Origin: the human T2T-CHM13v2.0 reference genome, Homo sapiens
Reading direction: 5' to 3' (one strand)
Assembly: GCF_009914755.1 (NCBI RefSeq)
Contig: NC_060926.1
DNA: 64,000 nucleotides
Below are positions 36,630 through 50,276 of the stretch, in pieces; within the stretch, counting starts at the first letter, position 1; each line of letters begins with the position of its first letter. Under the pieces are notes generated by a model that did not search any database, was not told where the DNA came from, and saw only the letters and a list, made by a program, of their open reading frames with translations. Both the position numbers and the translations under genes were made by a program.

Positions 36630-38520
36630 GCTTGTTTTTCTGCTGTTTCAATAGTGGGACACATTGGATATACTGTTGTCAAATCTGCTTTCTCCACTCA
36701 ATATATAACATAAACATTTTTCCAAGCCATTAAATATTTTTCTCAAACATCTTCCTTAATAGCTATATGAGTATTCCATTTCATTGTTATATCATAATTT
36801 ATGTCCCCAAATCCTACTACAGTGTGTGTAGGTTGGTTCTCATTTTTTTTAACCTATAAATAACTCCGGATGAACAGTTTAAAGCTAAATCTTTGAAGAC
36901 GTTTGTGATTATATCCTCAGGATATATCTTTCATGGTGGCATTTCTGGGTCAAAAGATATATGGATTTTGAGTTTTTGGATACATATTGTTGAATGTTTA
37001 CAATAATTAGAGCTTATTCTTTTACACTTTATTTTGAAATAATTTTAACCAGACAGAGAAGTTACAAGAACAGCACTTGGAACTTTGTCCCTGAACCATT
37101 GGAGAGGATGTTGCGCCATGTGCCCTATCACCCATTAGTACTTTACTATGTTTTTTCTGCAAACAAGGCCATTGTCCTGTACAACCATAGCACAGCCACC
37201 GAAGTCAGGAAATTAAAGTTGATACATTACTATTCTTTGATTCCTGTATTTCTTTAAAGTTTTACCAGTTGTCCCAATAATGTCCTTTAGATCAAAATGA
37301 TTCCACCTAGGATTATGGGTTACATTTGTCCTCTCTTTTAGTTTAATTCCGGAACAACTTCCTAACCTTTCCTTGACTTTCATGAACTTGACACCTGTGG
37401 CGGTTGCAGGATAGTTATGATGTGATGTGGCCCTTAGTTTTGGTTTGTGTGATGCTTCTTCATGATTAGATTCCATCATTCATATTTGGCAGAAGATCAT
37501 AGCTGCAATGCTGGGCTCTCCTCAGTTCATCCCACCAGGTGCCCAATGATTTCAATTCATCCAATTATTGGTGGTGTTGACATTGATCCCTTGGTTAAGC
37601 TGGTGTGTGCCAACCTTCTCTAATTTATTTCCATTTGTAATTGATAAGTATTTTGGGAGGATATATGTAAATATACTCTCCCTCTTCAAATACTTTTTTT
37701 TTTTTGGAGACAGGGTCTCACTCTGTCTCCCAGGCTGGAGCGCAGTGGTGTGATCTCAGCTCACCGTAGTCTTGTCCTCCTGGGCTCGGGTGATCCTCCT
37801 GCCTCAGCCTTCCAGGAAGGTGGGATTACGGGCATGCATCACCACACCAGGCTAATTTTTTGCCTTTTTTTGTAGAGATGGAGGTCTCATGATGTTGCCC
37901 TGGCTAGTCTCTAAAGCCTGGGCTCAAGCCATCCGCCCACCTCTGCCTCCCAATATGGTGGGATTACAAGTGTGAGCCATTGTGCCCAGGCTGAACTTTT
38001 TGCCTACTAGTTTTAGCACCCACTGATTTGGGGAAATGAATTAATCATTACTATGTCAGTTGACAAAAATTGTGATTTTCTACTTCTACCATACCTTCCA
38101 CGCTTATTAGTTGTCTTTAGAGTCTAAGAAAAAATGTTTTATTTTCCCTATTTATTTATTCATCATTCTATTTCATTCAGTGGGTCATAATTTACTGTAT
38201 CATTACTTATTTTAATGCTCAACTTGTTCTGTATTTGGCCTGCAAAAGCGCTTTCTACCTGGCTTCTAGATGAGATTACCAGTCCTGAAGTCAGTCATTT
38301 CTCCAAGTGGCTGTGGTTCATTTCAGTAGAGAACAGTAATTAGACACCACCATTTGGGTGCTAAAAGTGTTCATGGCCATCATGGTGTAGCTGCTGTTAT
38401 GTCCCGTTAGTGGGCAGAGCTAGATCCAACATGTATGTGAGTTCATGATGATACTTCAATTCCAATTCAACACTGCATGGTCGGCCTGGACTGCTTTCCC
38501 ATATTTGTAACTCCATTATC
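36630..38520 (-). mobile_element. Old L1 fragments (L1ME and L1MC-like) with an inserted AluJ
   Basis: TTTTATTTTGAAATAATTT..AGAAGTTACAAGAA; TTTCCTTGACTTTCATGAACTTGACA; (CA)n just upstream at 36604-36626. Confidence 0.7.
37694..37991 (-). mobile_element. Alu (AluJ-like)
   Basis: Diverged dimeric Alu, reverse orientation. Confidence 0.93.
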
Positions 38521-38776
38521 CTATTCTCATCAATAAGTTTGCTTGTATTCTTCTACTTATGTAACCAGTCCCTTGATTCCGTGCCTGGCTGCCCCATTCC
38601 CCTCCTGGTTTGACTCCTCACCCAGCTCCAGCTGTAGCCCCAGGATGAGTGGCACTGCCATCACCACCACTGCTCTTTCTCACACACAGCCTGGGATCCC
38701 GCCTCTCTTGACTCCACCGCTATTGGGGTTCCACCTCTCTTGACTCTATCTGGTGGCTGTTCCCATGAAAGTTTCA

Positions 38777-39130
38777 GGAAGGAGGAAGGAAGAAAGGGAA
38801 GGAGGGAGGAAGGAAGGAATAAAGGAAAGAAGGAGGGAAGGAAGGAATAAAGGAAAGAAGGAGGGAAGGAAGGAAGGAGGGAGGGAGGGAGGGAGAGGAG
38901 GGAGGAAGGAAGGAAGAAAAGAAAAGAAAGAAGGAAGGGAAGAAGGAAGGCTGGAAGGAGGGCAGGAAGGAAAGAAAGAAGGAAGGAAGGATGGGAAGAA
39001 GGAAGGAAGGAGGGAAAGATGGAAGGAAGGTAGGAAGGAAGCAAGGAAGGAAGGAAGGAGGGAAAGATGGAAGGAAGGAAGAAAGGAAGGAAGGAAGGAG
39101 GGGAAGGAGAGAGGGAGAGAGAGAAGAAGA
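38777..39130 (+). repeat. (GGAA)n-rich polypurine tract, about 350 bp
   Basis: Direct reading; almost pure A/G. Confidence 0.97.
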
Positions 39131-39249
39131 GTTGGCTGTGATTACTCCAAATGAGTGTCATCATGTCAACTGGGAAAAGGGGACAATAATTTTTATTGTA
39201 TTTTTTGCTCATCGGCACTTCAAATTTCTTTCTTGAATAAATATACATT

Positions 39250-40330
39250 AATTATGAAGTAGGAAAAATTACTTAATTTTGAAATATGAGTAAGATGCAA
39301 CTTAAAAGAAAAAATGTGTTGTTAAGGTGTAAGAAAAGTGATATTACAAGTTCAATTCTGATATCCATACCTGAGAAAATAAAGCCTAGAAAAAAATCTC
39401 ATTTATTAAATGATTTTAAAACAGAATAAAATTTGTAGGCCACAACTACAGAAGACTCAGCATGACAAAGGAACAAAATATAGTTAATATATTTTATTTA
39501 TAATATATTAAAATTGTGGTTTTACTCTGGGAAGGTACAGTTAATTCCACATCAAGTGATCTATTCATAGAACTCACCTAGTTTAGAAGCTAAGGAGAAA
39601 AGCCATATGATTATCCTAAGTAATGGCAAGAAGGCTTTTGGTAAAGCTGGAAATGTAATTATTTCCAAAGCTTATGGTAAATTGAATAGAAAAATACTTC
39701 CCTTGTGTGATAATTAGTATCTACCCAAAATCCATACCTAGCATTAGTGAGGATACTTACAGTATATTGTCTACAAAACCAGGAACACATCTACATGTCC
39801 ACTGTATAGAGGACAACCCACCTTGTTCTGAACATTTTTGAAACCTTAATGAAAAGCACAGCACAACACGGTCAATGGGCAGAATGTGGCATCTACCCTA
39901 CCACGTTCCTTCACAGTCAACTCCCCTCCATATTCCCAGCCACTGACAATCATGGATGTGCTTTCTGGACCTACACACTTGCCTTTTCCAGGATGTCACA
40001 GAGATGGAATCAGGCAGTCTGTGTTCTGTTGGGTCTGGCTTCTTTCACTGTGCCTAATGCTTTTGAGATTCATTGATGATTTTGCACGTATCAGCAGTTA
40101 ATTCCTCTTTACTGCTGAGTAGTGTGGCACTGTGTGGTTATATCACAGTTTGCTTATCTATTCCCCAGTTTAGGGACTTTAGGGTTGTTTTGAATTTTTG
40201 ACAATTATGACTACAGTTGTTATGAGCATTTGTGTGTAGGTTTTTGCAAGGACGTATGTTTTCATTTCTTGTGGGTGAATATTGAGCAGTGGGATTGGTT
40301 GATCGTATGATGTCTGTGTTTAATTTGTTA
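39250..40330. mobile_element. Old L1 fragments (ORF2 piece on + at about 39250-39800; 3' piece on - at about 39880-40330)
   Basis: AAAAGCCATATGATTATCC..AATGGCAAGAAGGCTTTTG ORF2-like; TCTGGCTTCTTTCACT..CCTAATGCTTTTGAGATTCAT. Confidence 0.6.
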
Positions 40331-43300
40331 AAAACTGCATTTGTTTTTCTCGATTTGTGTTCTCTCTTATTTTTCTCACCTTGATTTTACCTGCCCCTAT
40401 TGTCCCTTCACATTGATCTTTTGACTTTAAAAAATTCCCTTCATCGTTTTCACCCCTGGCTGCTCATCAGAATCATCTCTATGATGTAAAACCTTCACTA
40501 CAGATGCCAGGGATGTTTAGCTGGTCTGAGGAGGGAAGGACTTTTTCTCTGTATTTTAAAAATTCTTCATGTGTCACTCAGGTTATCAATCAAGGCTGAG
40601 AACTCCTATCTGAAGCATATAATTTAGAGGTGCAGAGGGTGAATAGGAGAAACACTAAAGATGCTAAACAAAACAAAATCTAGGGCAGGTGGAGGGATGA
40701 AGCATACTTGCAATGTGCCTTTCATCTCTCAGAAGAGAAGGAAGTGCCAAGGCCTACCAGGCATGGGTGATGAGCTTGGACACAGATGTGTAAGTATATT
40801 GTTCAGTGCTGTAATGACAGCCCCAGGAAGAACTCAAACGGAAATGCTTACAGAGGTTGTCTCTGCACTGTGGGGTGGGGAGCAGGGGGAATGGAGGAAT
40901 AACTTTTTCTCTTCATTTAACATCTTTCTGTACTGAGTGAAATATTTTTACCATGTCCATGCATTACTTTTATCATATTTTGGAATATGAGTTTGAATAA
41001 AAGATAAATTGCTGGTGTGAAGTGTGTGTTTGAAGGCATATTGGCAGTGGTAGTGGTTGGTGAAACATTTGTAGGAATGAATTCCAGCCTGGAGTGTTGG
41101 GAAGAGATGGAATCCAGGATCCAGAGAGAGAGGCCGGCTTTAGAGACGGTGGAAATCTGTCCTGGGTGGAAGGATGATGTGGGTGAGGGTCCTATGTGTG
41201 GAGGGTTGGTGAAGGCACTGGTGTCTGGTGGCTGCTCTCAACTCCTTTCATTCACGGAGGGTGTGGTGGATTGGTGATTTATGGAGAAGAGGCTTGTTGT
41301 CAGGGGTGGAGCAACTTTCGTGGAGACAGAGAGTGATGAGTGACTGCCCTGGGCAGTAGCAATAAAGTTGACCAGAATCCTGGATTCCGGGATGGCTGGG
41401 TCCCTGCCTAATGACGTCACCTGCTGAGACATAGGATGATGACTCCACAAAACCCCCATCACTGTAGCTCCCCAACATCCTGGAGGCCTGAGATAAAAGC
41501 AGGGGAGGATGCGTTTCATATTTTTTTAAATCATAATCATATAAGGGTTCAGATGTAGGATTGGAAGGGCAGGCCCCATTTGTCCCTTTAAGGTCTTCCC
41601 TCCCTTCTGGCCCCAAGAGTATGAGGGGAAGTCACTGGGATGCTGCCGACTGTCCCCAGGACACCTGGCATTGTCCCTGTGCTCCCTGGGTTCATGCTGA
41701 CATTGTGGTGGGTAGGTGCCAATGTGCAGAGCCCACAAGGCAGCACCTCCTCACATTTCACACCCTCAGGGCCTCACATGCCTCAGCAAAGTGAGCCCCT
41801 CATCAATATCACGGCAATTCTAACTAGGAGACGCCACAGAGATGGCAAAGTTTATTCTTTTCTTTTTCATCTTCTAAACATAACTGTGGTTTCAATTTGG
41901 GAATAAGCGAATAAAGGTTTGTTTTGCGTCAGGAGATTTAATTTTTTTGCCCCTTAACTATCTTTCTTCTTGCTTTCCATGTGTTTCGAATATCTGCAGT
42001 AAATAGAATACAGTACTTGTAAGTCTTGAGAAACACATTGAAAACAGTTTACCTCACTGGACATTTGTAAAGAAAATTCAGCAAAGTGGTTTGCTGCCTT
42101 CTGGATGTGGTTGTGCACTGTTCCCACAAGGACAAGATTCCCAAGTTCTTGGCCACATTTTTAAGAGAAAAGCCTTAATTTCACAGGGAGCAGGTGATAG
42201 AAAATTTTCGTGTGCATTTTTCACAGAATAAAGCAAATGAAAGCCAGCATGTGAATCCCATTTGCTAAGTGTATCCTGACACGATCAGCTGATTTTTATG
42301 CATCAGAGCACCTAAAACTCCATCAATTTTTCTAAATTTTCATATGCATGTCAGTAAAGCTTAACAGTAAAAAAGAGTATAATTTTAAGAGTTTCTGATT
42401 TTTAATGATTTTACATAGTGTTCTTTGTCTTACTCTGCCTGTCCCTTCTGTTGGAAAAATTGGGTCTCATCACTCACTGGGTGAGATGACAGCCCAGGCA
42501 GGCTGCACAAATCACTCCACTAGCGGCAGCCCCGGAGCTCCTAATGGTGTTGGAAAATGTGTGTGCCTCGTGCACCCTTCTTTAGAAAATATGAATTTAG
42601 CGATGTGGTCATTGGTGTTTCTTCTTAAATTTCAGATGCAGTGTCCTAGCATCTATCATGTACAATAAATAACATGGGTGGACTCTTTGCAAACCACATA
42701 TGGTTTCCACGTGCAGCATTTGTCTTCTCAGAAGCGGGATGACAACAGACCACACTTTGTCAGGCTTTGGGCCTAGCAAAGGTGCTTAAGGGGCAGAGTT
42801 TTCCCTTTAACTGCATAAGCCTTCCATTTGCCTTCTCTGATCTGAAGTAGCAGACTTAGGGCACATAGGTTACAGGGAGCTGACTTTTGCTGTGCAATTC
42901 CTGTGCCCCTGGATGTCAGATACTCAGGTGGCACATGCCCTGCTCAACCCAAAAGCTCGAGCAACATAACAGCTGAGTGGCTGCAACATAACAGCTATCT
43001 ATTCCCCAGTTTAGGGACTTCGGGGTTGCTTTGAATTGTTCGAATTTAGGGTTGCTGAGTGAATTGCAGCAAGCAACAGATGCTGCAGTGTGTGTACGTG
43101 TCCATCTGTGATGTTGGAAAGGTGGGGATGGTTGATGTTGGTCATATCGGCACCCCTTTCCCATGCGATCTCCCAGATTATTCCAGACCTTGTTCAGGGA
43201 CCTCCAGATGTTCCTGACAGGTGCCTTTCAGACACCTTAAGCCTCTGCTTTCCTTCTCTGCTTCTCCATTTCCCTCTGCAATGAGGCTAGGAAATCCATA

Positions 43301-45064
43301 AAAAATGCCTGCTCTTACCTCCAGGGTTATGTTGCTAAGTGACTCTGCCCTCCAAGTCACAAGAGCCAATTCCCAGGGCTTGGCCCATCTCCCTTACTCC
43401 TGCACCTTTTCCCTTGCCATCCCTGCCATAGCAGCTCCCAGGCACAAAGCTGGAGCAAAGGCGTGGGATGCCTTCGTGCATAAACTTGCCAGTTTCCTTT
43501 TCCCTGTTCATGTTGAAACTGGCAAGTTTATGCACCCAGGTGTTAGTGGAGGTGTTCTCTGTTTTGTTTGTTTGTTTGTTTTGGTCTTTGTTATTTTCAA
43601 AAGGAGACAGGAGACCACAAGCTTCCTGGCCAGCTAGGCAGAGAGGTCTCAGGCCTGGGCTGAACTCTCTGCACACAGCCATAGGATCTAGATACCTGGC
43701 CCTACAAGGTGTAGCCCTCAGCTGGCTGTGTGCAGACCCTCTCTCTGTACCTGCAACCTCCTAACCCCACCATGAAAAAGCCTCGTGCTGGAGAGATTGT
43801 GGTAGTGGGTACATCTGTACCTACTAGTATGTGATTGAAGATGCATGCTGAGAAAATCAACTGGGAAAGACCCTCTTCCTAAAGTTTTCTTTCCAGAAAA
43901 ACACCCTCAGGTGCTTGAGAGCCAGTTCCAGAAGTGATCATGATGCTGCACATACTCTCTAGTGGGCCTTTATTGCCAAAAAGTGACAGGCAGCTCATTG
44001 AGTGTCCAGCTTAAAGCGTCTAGAGATGTTGGCTGAGCTGGCCCTCAACGTTGGCTCTTTCTGGCTTTGGAAGTGCAGACGCTCTTGCCTGTGCCCTTTG
44101 TCTGTTTTATGGTTCCATTAAGTACATGATGGCTGATTTTATGAGCATAGCCTAAGATGACAGCACTGGGCTCTGCAAAGGCATTTCTTTAACTTCCTGA
44201 GGAGCCTTTATTCTCTGACAACCAAAGCCATTTGATCCCACCCTGCCCCCCAGCTCTGGGCTCTTAATCCCTCTTGTTTACAGTGAGTTTAATCTCTGTC
44301 ATATTTCCCATTTAGCTGGACAAATCCCACCCTCCCTGGACTGAGCCATGTGACCACATCAGTTGGGTCCAGTGACAGGGGTTTTAAATGTGTCTATCTC
44401 TTGAAAGAACAAACAATCTTCAAAGCCTTAAACCCACTCCCATAAATAGTCTTTGAAGGGCATTTAAAGGCAAAACTTGATAAACAGGATCAGAGAACGG
44501 AGTGATGAGGACCACCCTAGCATAGAATAAACCAGGTTTTGAAATAAAAAATTAGTCAACTTTTCTATTCAATGTGTGTCTTATGAAAAGACTAAGACCA
44601 GTTTTATAACAGTTTTGCACTTAAAAAAGCAAGAGAAACTTGACCCATGTGGTTCACAGGTAAATATTAGGCTCACAGTACTCTGCCCCAGTGTGGGACT
44701 ATCCAGACACGTGGGTGTTTGGGGCTGCCATTCAGGGACTCAGGACCATCAAGGCAGGTTAGTAAATAAACACTGCCAAGAATACTAGGCATCACTTTTG
44801 ATGTTAGAAGCCCTCTGTCCATCTTAAGGCGGTATCATAGCAGCTGGGCTTCTTTTCTCCTGTGAACACTGGTAATTGGTTCATGGAACAAAGGAATATC
44901 AGAGACCTCCTTAACAACATGCTACAAAGCCCAGCAAAGAAGAGGGAGGGAAACAGAGATCGTAAACACAGCAATTACCCTTGGATGGATTAGTGACTCC
45001 TTTTGTTTCTTGGTACAAAAGCAAAACTGTTCTTACATTCGTTACTTGAATTTAACCCACCAAA

Positions 45065-46068
45065 ATTTTTGAAAATTGTAGTAAAATACACGTAACTCAA
45101 AATTTGCCATTTTAATCATTTTTAAGTGTCCAGTTCAGTGGCATTAGCACATACATATTATTGAGCTACCGTCACCACCATTTATCTCCAGAACATTTTC
45201 ATCTTCCCATTCTGTACCCATTTCATCTTCCTCCCCACTCTGTACCTATTCTCCCTCCCCCAGCCCTTAGAACCCACCATTCGACTTTCTGTCTCTATGA
45301 ATTTGACTATTTTAGGTACCTCCTGTAACAGGAATCATACATTATTTGTCCTTTTGTGACTGGCATATTTAGCAACATGGCTTTGAGATCCATCCATATT
45401 GTGGCATGTATCAAAATTTTCTTTATTTTTAAGGAAGAAAAGAATATAGACCACATTTTATTTATCTATTCATCCACTGATGGACACTTGGGTTGCTTCT
45501 GCTTATTGGCTGCTGTGAACATGGGTGTATCAATATCTGTTGGAGTTTCTGCTTTACTTCTTGTGTGCATATACCTAGGAGCGGAATTGCTGGGTCATAT
45601 AGTCATCTCATTTTTAATTTTTTGGGGAATAGGCATACTGTTTTCCACACTGCACCATTTTATAATCCCACAGTAGTACAAAAGAAATGTTTTCCAGTTT
45701 CTCCACAGCCTTGCCAGCACTTGCTATTTTCTGTGTTTTTAATTGATAATAGTCATCACAATGAGTGTGCGGTGGTAATTCATTGTTGTTTTGCCTTGCA
45801 TTTCTCTAATGATTAAGGGTGTTGAGCACCCTTTTGTATGCTTATTGTCCATTTGTATTTCTTCCTTGGATAAACGCTCACTCAGGTCCTTTGCCTAGTT
45901 TTAAATTGAGGTTGTTTTTCTTGTTCTTGAGCCGTAGGAATTCTTCATATATTCTGGATATCAATCCCTATCAGATATATGATTTGAAAACATTCTCTCC
46001 CATTCAGTGGGCTGCTTTGTCACTCTGTTAATAGTGTCCTTTGATGCAGAAAGTTTTAAATTTTGGCA
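45065..46068 (-). mobile_element. L1 3' end (L1MB-like)
   Basis: TTGTAGTAAAATACAC..AAAATTTGCCATTTTAA; CTTTCTGTCTCTATGAATTTGACT; GATGGACACTTGGGTTGCTTC. Confidence 0.92.
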
Positions 46069-48644
46069 ACCCACCAAGCTTTAATTGACATGTTCAGCAC
46101 TCTGCTGGGTGCTGTGTACAACACAAGAAAGTTACAGGGTGGGGTTAATGAAACCGGGACCTGGATCCCTGGCCACACCAGGGAGGGGAAGCAGGGAGAG
46201 TGGTGTGAGAAATTAGGCCTCTTGGGTCAATAGAGGAAACCTGGTGCACAAATCCTGGATTATTTTTGTAATTGTGTGCTTGTGGGCTGCCTCCCTGTCT
46301 AGGCTGGGAGGCAGGACTCCCTTTGCCATCTTGAAAGCCTGGTGCCTGTCACTGGGTGCTTCTCCAGCTCTAATCAAGGAATGCACCATGGAGCACAGTG
46401 TCACATGACTAGACGACCATGGCATATGAAAGCAGTGGGCCCATGGGTCCATGACCTTGTGTCCGTGTCTGCACTGGCCATTCACCCCAGGGCCTCTTGC
46501 TGTGACGTGCCCTTGGAGGCTATGAGATCTTCATACAGAAATTAGAAGCCCTGGAGGTCATGGGTTACACATCAAAGAATCCCTGGGTCAGGGGAAACCT
46601 GAATCACTGCATTAAGTAATTCCTTCCAGACACCCACGGCCCTTCCTGCCTTCCTCCTTTTAGACTCCAACTCTTGAGGTTGACCTATGGGCCCGTCCCA
46701 TCCCAGCCTCTGGCCTGAGCCTGCTGGTGTCGGCCAACGTGAAGTTCAGCTTTGGAGTTAAACTTGCTGTCTTTGAGGTCACTGGCCCACCCAGGACTCA
46801 GCCACATTTCGGCACCAGCTCTGAGGTTTAGGGCGAATTTTCTGTCCCTCTTTCTGGCTGGTGCTCCCTGGGTGAGCTCCTAGATGATGCCAGGCTCAGG
46901 GCTGAGTGTCTTCATTTCAGAACCTCCACTCTTTCTTTGCCTCCCCAGGGGCATGGTGTCTGCTGACAATACAAAAATGCTTCCAATTCCAGATTTGCAC
47001 CTTAACACAGAAACCTTTTCTCTTGGTATGGCACCGCATTGTGGAAAAATGGATTTGGCCCAAATACCTCTCTGACCCACACAGGTTTTCTCCACATTGT
47101 GGCAGGAATGAGGCACATAATCAGGAGCAGGCAGTGGTCACGTGGTGGGCTGGGAATGTCACCCAAGTGCCCCAGCTTCCCCAGGCTTCGATGATGACCT
47201 CTGTCTGCCTTAGAACCAAGTGACCAGAGTCAGGCCACTGATCAGCAGGACACAAGGCAGTGCAGTCCTCTCCCAGGGTGTCTCTCCCAGTGGAAGCCAT
47301 GATGTTCTCTGCACCCAGGCAATGCAGGCTGCCTTCATCCCCCACCATCCCAGCCCTTCCTTCTGTGAGAGGCCCTGGCCTTTCTCTCTCCATGACTCCA
47401 TGCTTTCTGTGCCAAATATTGGCTCTCTCAAGGCCTTATTATTCCCCTACCCCCTAGCATGAGAAATAGCTGTGGTTTTCAAAATATTTTTTTTTGTCCC
47501 AGATGAGCAGATGCCAGCAGAGCTCTAGATGGCGGGGGCAGAAGGAGGAGATTCCTGGAGAGGAAGGAGCCAAGGGGAATAGGGAGGGGCTTCCAGGAGC
47601 ATCTGCAATAAGATGCTAGGTCCAGGGAGGGGCAGTGGGGTGGTTGGAGGGGAGATAAGGCTAAAAAGGGGGATCTGAAATCTAGAATTGTCCTGTGGGT
47701 AAAGAAAAGTTCCTGCAGGAGGGACATGGGGCAGGGGGGCTTCATCAGGAAGTGCTGAGGGACAGGAAATCAGACAGAGATGGCAGCTGGGCATCCAGAT
47801 GTCTGGCCCCAAGGCTCAGACATGGGCAGCTAGGTAAGTGTTGGAGTCATCATGACTCGATGGGATCCATTCCATGGGACCATGGGTGCTATGAGAGCGG
47901 GAGGGAAAGGGTCTTACCTTCATATCTCCTATCCCAGCACAATGGCCTGGGATAAAACAAATGGCCACAATGAGATCCTGGGCCCAGGTTGGGGCACAGG
48001 ATGAAGGGCAGAGTAGGACGGGCAGGGTGGAGGAAGGATCTCCAGGACCAGCGAAGGAGGTGAGCTCAAGGTGCTCACCATGGATGGTTCAAAAAGCAGT
48101 GTTCCCTGGCAGGTGGGCACTGACCTACCTGGTGCCCACTCCTAGGAGAACTGGGAGCAGACAGGGAGGCATCTAGAAACTTTAGGATGCAGTCTTCCCT
48201 CTGGTGACATTCGGGAACCAGCTCCGTGGAAGGTAATTAAAAATGGCCATCAGGTGTTTATGCTGAGCAAATCGAGGAACAGCTGGGGGGTGCCCAGCAC
48301 CTTCCCCTGGGTGGGTTTATTGCAGATGCTCTCCCAGGGCAATGGGCAGGGGTGAGGTCACAAAATCGGAGATACCATCCTCCTCCCCCCACTGCTCATC
48401 TTCTGTGACTCTGGACAAATAAGAGCTAAAAAGATCCCCTTAGGTTGAAGGATACAAATTCCCTGCCCCTGAGTGTGTTGACCCTGGGGGTGGCTCAAAC
48501 CTGATGAGCTGGGTCAGTGTGACAGGCTCCAAAGGCTGCATTCTCTCAGGGGAGAAGAATGTGAATGTGCTTGTTGCATCTGGTTTGGGCAAAATTCCTG
48601 TCTCTGTCTGCAGATGCCCTGCCTGGGTCGGGGTCTGAAAACCG

Positions 48645-49186
48645 CAGGTGGAGCAGACACTAGCTCATGGTGAGGCTGCATGCGGTGACTCAGGTCCCAG
48701 AGGAATCCAGGATAGCAGGCAAAAGTGTTCACAGCTCCGCCAGGCTCACCGTGAGGCTGCAGTGACTCAGAGCCCAGAGAGATCCAAGATGGTAGGTGGA
48801 AGCATGCTCAGCTCTGCCAGGCTCACAGTGAGGCTGCAGTGACTCAGGACTTAGAGGGATCCAAGATGGCAGTGCTCAGCTCCGCCAGGCTCACAGTGAG
48901 GCTGCAGTGATTCAGAGCCCAGAGGGATCCAAGATGGCAGGTGGAAGCGTGCTCAGCTCTGCCAGGCTCACAGTGAGGCTGCAGTGATTCAGAGCTCAGA
49001 GGGATCCAAGATGGCAGTGCTCAGCTCTGCCAGGCTCACAGTGAGGCTGCGGTGACTCAGGACTTAGAGGGATCCGAGGGACAGGTGGAAGCAGGCTCAG
49101 CTCTGCCAGGCTCACAGTGAGGCTGCAGTGACTCAGGACTTAGAGGGATCCAAGGGGCAGGTGGAAGCATGCACAGCTCTGCCAGG
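48645..49186 (+). repeat. Minisatellite, 68/76-77 bp units, about 7 copies
   Basis: Unit GCTCAGCTCTGCCAGGCTCACAGTGAGGCTGCAGTGACTCAGGACTTAGAGGGATCCAAGATGGCAG(GTGGAAGCA)T; unit starts at 48806, 48874, 48951, 49019, 49095, 49171. Confidence 0.96.
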
Positions 49187-49234
49187 GTGGACCCAGGGCT
49201 GTGTGTGCTACCAGGGGTTCCGTTGGGAATTTAC

Positions 49235-49960
49235 TAGCACCATATGGGGGTTCCTCAGAGAATTAAAGATAGAGCTACCATAGAATCTGGCAATCCTGCT
49301 ACTGGATAAACACCTGAAAAAATGGAAACCTAGATCTTGAAGAGCTATCTGTGCCCCCATGGTCATTGCAGTCTCATTCCCAACAGCCAAGAGATGGAAA
49401 CGGCCTAGATGCCCCTCCGTGGGTTAATGGAGAATGTGGTATATGCATACAATGGAATTTTGTTCAGTCTTAAAAAGGAAGGCATTCTGACACATGCCAC
49501 AACATGGATGAACCTGGAGAAACATGGAAGAACCTGTGTGCTTGGTGGAATAAGCCACACACAGAAAGATATGCATTGCATGGAATCCTAAAATGAGGCA
49601 ACCCCATAGAAGCAGAGAGTAGAATGGTGGTTGGCAGGGGCTGGGGGCTGGGGAAATAGGGAGATGTTAGTCAAGGGGTACAAAATTTCCCTTGTGCAAG
49701 CTAGGTTCTGCTGATCTAATGTGCAGCCTGGTGACCATAGGGAACAATATTGCATTGCACACTTGCAATTTGCTAAGAGAGTGAAAATTAATGTCTCAAC
49801 ACAAAAAGAGGCAACAATGTGAGGTGATGGGTCTGTCACCTGGCTTGAATGTGGTGATCATTTCACAATGTGTACATCTATCAAAACAACTAATTGTACA
49901 AATTAAATATGCACAATTTCTAGTTGTGAATTATTCCCCCAATAAAGCTAAAACAGTTAA
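49235..49960 (+). mobile_element. L1 3' end (L1MA-like)
   Basis: TTCCTCAGAGAATTAAAGATAGAGCTACCATA; ACAACATGGATGAACCTGGAG; terminal CCCAATAAAGCT. Confidence 0.92.

Positions 49961-50276
<316 letters not shown>

Noticed and set aside
38661-39248. 195-aa PSFL-rich and 133-aa KEGR-rich ORFs
   Set aside because: Translations of the GGAA/TTCC tract.
42517-42530. CTCF-like motif CCACTAGCGGCAGC (similar weak matches near 3490 and 50527)
   Set aside because: Mismatches at core positions; not supportable without a PWM score or ChIP data.
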